A DNA stretch of 63,891 nt, the filler included, from Reticulomyxa filosa (lineage: Eukaryota > Protista > Foraminifera), in the NCBI GenBank assembly GCA_000512085.1. It is 21 parts of 21 records of this genome, joined end to end, with 100 filler letters (N's around TTAATTAATTAA, not from the genome) between each part and the next. Parts side by side here need not be neighbours in the genome. Positions count along the whole stretch, not along the records: positions 11,133 to 18,797 come from ASPP01029371.1; positions 18,898 to 20,132 come from ASPP01032728.1; 19 more parts are not named here. One strand, given 5' to 3'. The translations under genes were made by a program, and so were the position numbers. Below, piece after piece: positions 11,963 to 20,132 of the stretch. The notes under the pieces are model-generated. The model did no database searches. It was not told the origin of the DNA and saw only the letters and a list, made by a program, of their open reading frames with translations. Every line of letters starts with the position of its first letter. The stretch's first letter is position 1.

Positions 11963-14900
11963 TGTTCTTCCCAATTTTCTGGTATAAGCGATTAGTTCGT
12001 CTACCGATATGGGGTCGTGTGCGGGGATAGGGGCCAGTGTGTGAATGACATCATCGGATTCCAAAGAATGCATTAGTTCTATGGGTGGGGCCTCCGGTGG
12101 GTGTTTCTGTTGCAGTTGTTGAATGGTGTTTTCATCGTATTTTATGGGTTGGCTGGGGGTCAATGCTTTGAAGGCTTTTGATAATTCACCCAACGCCGTT
12201 AGCTTGATAGCCTTTGCGTGTGATGCGTTCGTTTTTGCTTGTTTGGATGGGTTCAATTCTCTAGCTTCATTCGCCGCTATGATTGCGTTAGAATGTTCGC
12301 AAAAATCTTTCCACAATTTCAGCAAATTGTTTTCTTTCCATAATTTTATTCTGCTTATAATAGCCTTGGTAGTTGCGTTAGCGTGTCTGGAGCCCCCTCT
12401 TCCCGGGTCCCATAATATAAGCCTTGTGAAAAGAAGCCATTTGGTCCATGCTGCATCGTCGTTGTTTGTTGCCACTTCTCTAAGAATCCATGCCGTTGTC
12501 GATGCGATTGAGCTTCGTGCATTTTTAGGGACGCGACCAATAATTTTGGCTGGTTTGTTGATAATCTCCTCCATGGAGGGTGGTTGCCAATTACTACTTT
12601 CATCTTCGTACTTCTGCTCGGCAGATTGATGTGACCTGGAACGGTGATTCCGGAAGGCCCTTTTCTGGATGACCATATCTTCATGGCACTTCTTGTGCAT
12701 ATTATCCCATGCGACCGTACTTGGTAATATTTGCCTACATCTGTGACAAATGATTCTGCCAAATGCTTGAAAGTACGATTGTGGTACGCGCGCCCCGGCT
12801 TCGTCCGACATGTGTGTGTTGACGTGGATATGGAGCCCTGCTTCGGTTTTGAGTACCGAGCTGCATCCGTGAACCGGGCATTCAAAGGAGTTAGCCTTTC
12901 TGCTTGGGATATCGGTTGCTTGCTGCGGGGGATCCGGAGAGTGAATTGGCATGACCGTGAATAGCTCGTCGCGTTCGAATGAAATGTCGGAGTTGTCATG
13001 GTTAATTGACTCCGTATTGTGTGTATGTTCCGTGTTTGGAGGTTGATCTGCAATTATATTCGTGTTGGGATCCGTTGATTGAAAGAAATGGCCGCCTATG
13101 GAAAAAACATTTTCGATATCGTGTGGGTCTGCCATGTGATTGCTGTTATAATTATCAAACAATTTACGCGGTTCATTATGGTGTATGTTGTCATTAGGGA
13201 TTGTGCGTGGCGGTTCAACGAATAGACTGCGTCTAACACTGCCATTGGTGAGTGCGTTGTCAGCGCCCTGTGCATGACCATTTGAATGCATCGTGCTTGA
13301 TATTTTGGGAGATGACTTGGAGGTCTTGTGGCGAGCATCCTTCTTTTCCGTTTTGTTATTTCTGTATAAATGAACCGCGTCTGGATCGATGTCAGGTTGT
13401 TCGTCGTTGCATTTCATGTCGTTCCCGATTGATCTCGTGTTGGTGCTATGTTGGATGATAGCTTTCGCAGGTGCTTGATTCAAGTTCGACCATGTGCGAT
13501 TCGTATCATAATCGTATGAGTCCAAAGGAGGCGTCACATTCTTTTCACGTTCCCCTACATGATCGTGCACAAGGTGATGATGCACCTTTTTGATTGCAAG
13601 TGATGGGCTCAGGGCGGTATCGAGGACGGCGGAGGACAGAAGACTGGATGCGCTTTGTTGTTGTTTTTTTGATGTTACTGTTACATCAACTTTTCGCGTT
13701 TTGGGGGAAATGCTCGTTCTGTGGTCATCGTTTGATTGTTGCGCTTCTTTAAGCGATGAAGATGGAATGCAGTGGCTAGGTTGTGGGCTTCCATTCGTGG
13801 GCTGGGTTTGGGGTTTATCATGTTGAATTGTAAAATGTGTGTGTGGAGGCGTCAGTTCGTTTGATTTTGTGTGTTCCGCACTGTGTGTAGCTTCATTGAA
13901 ATTATTTTCATTGTTATTGGTGCTTGTATTCTTTTCACCGTTTGATTCGTCGGTAGGCCGTTGTAGTTGTTCCTTTTCCGGTGGGCCTGTTAAGACTATG
14001 TTAAGTTCCTTCGGCAATACTTTGATATGAGAAATTTCTGCAGCAAATTGGAGAATTTCGTCAGTTGAGGATGCCACTCTAACTGTGGGATTAATTACAA
14101 ACATTAATGATATGTTGGATGACCTTGCCACACATGATAGTAAAGCTTTCCGCCATTCGCCACAACCGCTCTGGTTGCGATAATTCGTTTTGGATTTGTT
14201 GAGATTTTTAAAAATAGTTCGGAATTGTTTTAGGCCTGATGAAACACATGCCGATTCAAGAGATTGCAGAATTTCATTATGGATGTAAATCTGATTTTGA
14301 AACCCTTTATGATGTCGAGTTAAATTATCTAACGTTTCACCTACTAAATTAACAATAAAAATGTTACTTTTCATTTGTGCGACCTCATGGTCATTGTTAA
14401 CGAAAGTTTGACAAATTGACAATTGGAATATTGTGTGGCCTGATGGTGGAGAGTGTCCTGTGGTTTGAACTTGGAGTTGGGAATGAGCAGCTTTCCTAAT
14501 ATCAACGAGTGCATTTTCAAGGTCTGCAATATTATCAATATTTCTTTTGGATAGCTTCGATGGGTTGATTGACGAATGGCCTTTCTTCTGGTCGTTGGAG
14601 ATTGCATTAATATTGGCATCGTTTAATAAGTCATATGCACGAATTTTTGTTACATTTGTGCCGTAAAATTCGACTGCCGTAATGTTTAACAAAATGGTCA
14701 GTGCGCTAGTGCATCTGAACAATTCACCCACTATTGATTGTGTTGTCGGAGTTAAGACATCTCTTATCGGTGGCAGGCCCGGTGCGAGTAGTTGACCGTA
14801 TATGCAGACCATACCGGAGTAACCATCAAGAGCCATTGCAACAGTTGGGCCATTAATTTGTAGAATGGCATCTTTGAGGTCTGCTGATGGGCCAAAGGCC

Positions 14901-15259
14901 TTATCAAAGATGTAGTGATTACCCGCTCGTGATGTGGTTCCGGATCTTGTGGATAATATATTGTCGGTGACTTTGATGTATTGTTCCTTTGTTCCGCTTA
15001 ATTCAGTATCCTCAATTAGTGCGTATGTCTTGATGGGGATACCCTTTTGCGTCCCGGCCCATGATAAAGATGAAACTTTGCTGTCGGAGCAAACACCAAA
15101 ACGATGCATATTCAAAGATGGTTTGTGATTTGAAGCTGCTGCTTGCGAATGCGTCATACTTGCGACGATTGGTTGCCACTGTTGCTTTGGTACGAAAGAG
15201 CTAGTGGTGTCACTGGCAGCATCGGCTGTATACGAAGTACAGGATACCCGTGGGTCCAT
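11133..15259 (-). CDS. ORF2: degenerate kinesin motor domain, disordered linker, C2H2 zinc fingers, reverse transcriptase (truncated in the RT C-terminal region)
   Basis: Uninterrupted frame of about 1375 codons. Start is either ATG 15259 or ATG 15157. Domains are listed separately. Confidence 0.9.
12683..12886 (-). other. C2H2 zinc finger plus a second Cys/His finger in ORF2
   Basis: FECPVHGCSSVLKTEAGLHIHVNTH (C-x4-C-x12-H-x3-H), followed by CHRC…HKKC. Confidence 0.85.
14021..15037 (-). other. Kinesin motor-like domain (ORF2 aa ~75-413) with degenerate nucleotide motifs
   Basis: Ordered matches to the kinesin consensus: YIFDKAFGP, PTVAMALDGYSGMVCIYGQ, AVEFYG…AYDLL, SGHTIFQLSI, SNIFIVNLVGE, ESACVSSGL, ISLMFVINP…STDEILQFA. 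Confidence 0.85.
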
Positions 15260-18200
15260 GCTCTTTCTTTGCTATTAATGATCTCTATTGAGTCGTTGAT
15301 GGGCTGCGGTTTTGCGATGCCGGTTGTTTGGAGAAAGGTCCTTGTAAGGAGATTGTCAGCGACAAATATGTGAGGTTTCTCGACATGCGGCTGGTCTTGC
15401 TTTGCCTGCTTCGGCGCGGGGCTGCATTGCGATGGGGACTGGTTAGTTTGCAAGTGCTCCCTTTGTATATGGGCCTGGTTTTCGATTATTACCACTGCGG
15501 ATGATATGGGCCATGGTGGGGTTGTTTTTTCCACCTCTAAACTCGCTGTCTGGATGTCGATTGTTGGATGATCAATACGTTGAGTCAGTGCGGGTGGTAT
15601 GACGGCTGGTGTTCCGGTGGACAGTGATATTTCAACGGTCTGGCTTAGAACAATGGGAACTGGAACTTGGCTTGGATATTCGCGGGTGGACGGCTTTGGT
15701 GTGCTTGACGAATGTAAATCACTTGTTGTGACAGCTGGTAGTGCCAATTGGCTTCGAGGGGGATAAAGATTGGTAGCTTCGGGGATGGATGGTACACTAT
15801 GCAATGCGGCACCGTTGATGCTCGACACAGTTGGCGCTGTTGAGCGTACTTCAGGGACGCTTTCGGCGGAAGATGTTGGATGATTTTTGGTGGACTTACG
15901 ACTTGGCTTACGCGATAGCCAGTGGTCCATCTGAATGGTAGCCTCGCGGCTTTGTTTCTCCGGATTATTTTGTTGCGTGGTTCGGTTGGTGGCTTTCATG
16001 TAACGGGACGATGTGCTTCTGTGAGGGAGATTCCTGGTCTTCAAGTTTTGTTTCGGAATTACTACGAAAAATTCCTCGTCCTTCGTGTCAGGTTCGGAAT
16101 CGATATCGAATAATGCGTCCAGTTGCTCGCTCGGTGTACTGGACTCGTTATCATCAAAATCTTTGCCTCTAGGAAGTTCCGGGCTGGGGTATGTTATTAA
16201 ATTCGACGAATGGCAGTCGTTGTGCGAAGTCGATATGTGGATGGTAGTACTGCTATTGGATATCTTCTTTGTATATTGCGGGACTGCATGACTGGGACTG
16301 GGTTCTAAAACCACTGATCCAATGGGTGTTTCACGAGTCGCTGTTTGGAGAAGTTCGCCAGGGACCATGTCGGGTCTGAAATCGAGCGGATCACGTTGGG
16401 GCAGGGCCGATGGAGATGATGTCGATTTTTGTTGGTTTTGGTGAGGCATACAGTTGAAGATTCCTGTGGTTGAAATGCCTTCACAGAAGTTTTGTGACGC
16501 GTTCTCGAGTTTGGCAAGCGTGGTTGGTACTTGGCTCATTTGTGGTACCTTTTGTGATGTTGGTGGTATGGAATTCTCCCACTGGAACTCTATGTCTTTC
16601 GTTCCGTGCCTCCTGGGCTCATTCTGGATTGGAGCGTCTGCGATACTTTGAATCGCGGGAAGCGGTCCTGTTGACGGTAATGGTTTAACTAGTGGTGAAG
16701 TGATTGGCCTTATTGTCGGTATTTGGGGGCCTTGCGCTTGATCGCACTCACGTCGTGAAGGTTGTAGCGAATTCGCGATTTGGGAACAATGCAGTTTGGA
16801 TATGATGGCAGTGATAGAGTTGGCAATAATTTCTTGATTATAAGTTGGTACCTGTTGACTGGTTTGCCCGTTGGGAGATATGGAGGGGAAAGCTCTTTCG
16901 TCTTGTAGCTTGGTGGTACTTGTCACATGTTGACTGGAGGGGATATTCCGAGAGTTTTCCGCCAGTATCCGATGCTTGACGATTCCGCTACTACTATTGG
17001 GCCATGTGATTGCTGCTAGGGAAGTGGCATCGGGAGGAACGACTGCCGAAAGCGATGGAATGCTTGCTGGATCACTAGAGGACGGTGCTTGCGCGGAGGG
17101 TGGAAGTGGTCGCGTGGTGGGGACGGATTGTGTCGTTTGGCTAGAAAAAGCCATCCCCGTGGGTGCGATCGAATTTACCATTGATTCATCTCCAAGTGTT
17201 TGCGGGGGGGTGAATGGAGCCCATGTTGTGCCAAACTTCGGCCTCGGGATGTCTGTCGGTGTCAGGTGGGCGGGTATTTTAAGCTCAATCTTTTGCCGGT
17301 GGCCTGTGTAGTGGTGATTGAATGCATCATTACTACTGCCACCTGTGTAGACTGTCGGTGAAATTTGATAATCCACAAACGATTGGTCGCACGGGGACGA
17401 TTGCTTTTGACTTTGGTATAATAAATGCGATTCGCAATTGACTCTGGATGCATTAAGGTTTTGTGTTGTCCTTGTTGTTGAATGCAGGTAATGAGCGTTT
17501 CGAGGCGAGGTGGTGCATGTTTGTCGTTGCTCTATGCCCGGGAGAATCCAAGAGGGATCAGTCGCAGTACCTCCTTTATTACTACCGATTGTCGGTTGAG
17601 TATTGTGCAAAATCATCGTGGTGGACGGATAAGAGTTTGTTTTTTCAATACGCTTTTTCTTTTGCGTGGTACTATTGGTTTCGCAGTGATGCCAAGTTGC
17701 TGTGCCAGTTTCGCGTGTGCTTCCGCCTCCCGTTCCAGTTCCGCCTCCGCTATCCTTACTTTTCCGTCTTCGACTTCCTTTTCCGTTTTCGTTTTCGCTT
17801 TCACTTGACTTTTCACCACTGTTTCTAGTCCAACTTGGACTCCGGCGTCCTCTAGTGTGTTCCATGCCACTTTGAAAATGACTTCTGCTTCTACTATTAA
17901 GGATAGTAGTGCTGCAATCTCGCAAGGGGTCCCTTTGGGACTTGCCACTCCTTGATGATCCGATGATGAGTTGATGATGATGGTCGAACTTTTTATCCGG
18001 GGTTCCCAATGAACTTTGATCGTAGTCTGCCAAATTCTTACTTGTCGGATTTTTCTTTTTTGATTTCATTTCGCCCCTTTTTGAATTTTGATCTGGTTGA
18101 TAATTCTCTTTTTGATACACTTTTGTGCCATTTGATGATGATTTAGCATTTTTTGCTTGTTTATACGTCGATATTTTGCTTTGCTCACTTTGGATTTCAT

Positions 18201-18441
18201 TTTCAACAATTTCTTTGCTTGACATTCCGGATACTTTTTCAAAATCTGTAAATAGATTTTTGGGGATGTGGACGGGAGTGGGAGTGGGAGTATGAGTGTA
18301 ATTCAATTCTGAAAGCTGCGATGATGCGTCGCATTTTTTAAACAATGTCAATGGACGGTCTATTGTTTGCAAGTTGGTTAGTCCAGTATTTGACTTTTTA
18401 AGAGCAAAGTTGTTATCATTTACTTCGGCTATTTCTTGCAT
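15154..18441 (-). CDS. ORF1 of the retroelement, about 1095 aa, Ser/Pro/Thr/Gln-rich and apparently disordered
   Basis: Uninterrupted frame from ATG 18441 to TGA 15156-15154. No introns. No CCHC knuckle or RRM recognised. Confidence 0.75.
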   Translation of the reverse strand: MQEIAEVNDNNFALKKSNTGLTNLQTIDRPLTLFKKCDASSQLSELNYTHTPTPTPVHIPKNLFTDFEKVSGMSSKEIVENEIQSEQSKISTYKQAKNAKSSSNGTKVYQKENYQPDQNSKRGEMKSKKKNPTSKNLADYDQSSLGTPDKKFDHHHQLIIGSSRSGKSQRDPLRDCSTTILNSRSRSHFQSGMEHTRGRRSPSWTRNSGEKSSESENENGKGSRRRKSKDSGGGTGTGGGSTRETGTATWHHCETNSTTQKKKRIEKTNSYPSTTMILHNTQPTIGSNKGGTATDPSWILPGIEQRQTCTTSPRNAHYLHSTTRTTQNLNASRVNCESHLLYQSQKQSSPCDQSFVDYQISPTVYTGGSSNDAFNHHYTGHRQKIELKIPAHLTPTDIPRPKFGTTWAPFTPPQTLGDESMVNSIAPTGMAFSSQTTQSVPTTRPLPPSAQAPSSSDPASIPSLSAVVPPDATSLAAITWPNSSSGIVKHRILAENSRNIPSSQHVTSTTKLQDERAFPSISPNGQTSQQVPTYNQEIIANSITAIISKLHCSQIANSLQPSRRECDQAQGPQIPTIRPITSPLVKPLPSTGPLPAIQSIADAPIQNEPRRHGTKDIEFQWENSIPPTSQKVPQMSQVPTTLAKLENASQNFCEGISTTGIFNCMPHQNQQKSTSSPSALPQRDPLDFRPDMVPGELLQTATRETPIGSVVLEPSPSHAVPQYTKKISNSSTTIHISTSHNDCHSSNLITYPSPELPRGKDFDDNESSTPSEQLDALFDIDSEPDTKDEEFFVVIPKQNLKTRNLPHRSTSSRYMKATNRTTQQNNPEKQSREATIQMDHWLSRKPSRKSTKNHPTSSAESVPEVRSTAPTVSSINGAALHSVPSIPEATNLYPPRSQLALPAVTTSDLHSSSTPKPSTREYPSQVPVPIVLSQTVEISLSTGTPAVIPPALTQRIDHPTIDIQTASLEVEKTTPPWPISSAVVIIENQAHIQREHLQTNQSPSQCSPAPKQAKQDQPHVEKPHIFVADNLLTRTFLQTTGIAKPQPINDSIEIINSKERAWTHGYPVLRIQPMLPVTPLALSYQSNSGNQSSQV

Positions 18442-18732
18442 TGCAAGATAACAAAAGAAATACAAAGTTGTTTTTGGAAGTATCTAATCAACAAAATGTA
18501 GCTAAAATAAAAAACAAAGAAAAACAAAAAAGAACAAAAAAACAAAAGGGTATTCATTTAAACTTTTGTTTTTTTTTTTAAACAAAAATTGACTTAAAAT
18601 TATAATTATTTTTTTTAAATAAAATTTTAATAAAAAATAAATATATATTTAATAAAAATTAAATTTTTTTTTAAAAATTAATAAAAAAAGAAATTTTAAT
18701 ATAACTTAAAACATAAAAAGTTAAAAGCTAAA

Positions 18733-18797
18733 TTAGGGGCTTAGGGCTTAGGGCTTAGGGCTTAGGGCTTAGGGCTTAGGGCTAGGCTAGGCTAGGC
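18733..18797 (+). repeat. Telomere-like tandem repeat: TTAGGGGC (TTAGGGC)6 (TAGGC)3
   Basis: Read directly. The G-rich strand runs 5'->3' toward the contig end, as expected at a chromosome end. Confidence 0.85.
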
Positions 18798-18897
18798 NNN
18801 NNNNNNNNNNNNNNNNNNNNNNNNNNNNNNNNNNNNNNNNNTTAATTAATTAANNNNNNNNNNNNNNNNNNNNNNNNNNNNNNNNNNNNNNNNNNNN

Positions 18898-20132
18898 CTT
18901 CTTCTGTTCCACAAAAGCAAATGCCATTGGATATGATGGTGTCACCCAATCATGGATTTTTAAAAGAGAAAAATATCCTTCTCGACGTAATCAAAACAGC
19001 TTGCAATGCGGGCAATTGGACAATACAACATCGCACACGTTTTGTGTACGACTTGTTATGTGTCGTTCAACACGTGGAAGATTGGGACAATGACACATAC
19101 CAAGCCAACTTTCGATACACTCTCGAGACTATATTTGGCACATGGGACAAATTGATCAATCCCACGTCCCAGTTGTTATCGTCTTCTTACTCCTTTTCAT
19201 TTCTCAAAAACTGCTTGATGTTCCAATCTTTAGAGCGTCTGCTGCAAAACAAATGGAAGCTTCCAGAGATCAAATTGCAGCACGATGAAAGCGTCATTTT
19301 GAATCGGGTGTATGAGAGGCTCTATTCCAATTTGGATATCACGTCGGAGGAAAATGACTTTGAGCAACGTACACACACAGACAACGACCGAATTAGAGTC
19401 ATTTCCAAATGGAAAGTGCAATTAACTAAATACATTAATACCATTGATACAGATATGAATGGGGCAATTTGTCAATATTTGTCGTATTTCCAAAGCCATC
19501 AAAAGCTCTTTGGTGATGCTTGGAAGGCCTATCAACGTAGCTTCCATATATGGTTTTGAAGCAATGCTGTATGTCTAAAGGCTTCATTTGGACACAGATG
19601 TTCGCCTTACAACCATTTGTTAAAAGTCAATTGTGCCAGGATCCTCTCAATCCTATTTCTCAATTCCGACATCAAGCTGATATTGAATGGCTTACAGTAC
19701 ATGTGACAAAGATTTTGGTACTAAATATACAAGTTTTAAGAAATGTTTAGTGGATGGAGAAATTCTCACTTCTCAAATGCATGAGAGACACGATTTTGCC
19801 TGTTTGTTAACCACTGTATTAGGTACGTTCAATTTATCGAACGTTCCTTTGAAATTGGGCACCCTTTTACCAAGTTTTGAATTTCACTGTTTGTTTGCAA
19901 AATAAATGAAAATAAATGTCTGATTTGTAAAACTATAGAAATTCAAGCAAATTTGTTGAAAAGTCGACAAATAACTTCTAGCATTGAGTCCAATTGTATT
20001 CGAAACTTGCTTTCCGGTATTCCTTCCAGCACAAAGAAAACAATGTTTTCCTTGCCAAATTGCAAAGACATAAACCATGAAATCCTTGCAGACTTTGCTT
20101 TCATTGGTTGGCTATTCTTCAAATTGCTGAAA
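18898..20132 (+). CDS. Internal fragment of a large hypothetical protein, interrupted by frameshifts or introns
   Basis: Successive protein-like plus-strand ORFs at 18921-19559, 19550-19750, 19687-19905 and 19953-20132. No recognised domain. Confidence 0.45.

Larger units (their letters stand above)
11133..18732 (-). mobile_element. Telomere-adjacent two-ORF non-LTR retrotransposon (CRE-clade-like), 3' end lost at the contig break
   Basis: About 7.3 kb of intronless coding sequence in two long overlapping ORFs. ORF2 has zinc fingers and RT motifs. The 5' flank runs into TTAGGGC repeats. Confidence 0.88.

Noticed and set aside
10251-18797. M15 peptidase as cargo or 3' part of the retroelement
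   Set aside because: A spacer (11033-11132) separates them. They are different contigs with no evidence of linkage.
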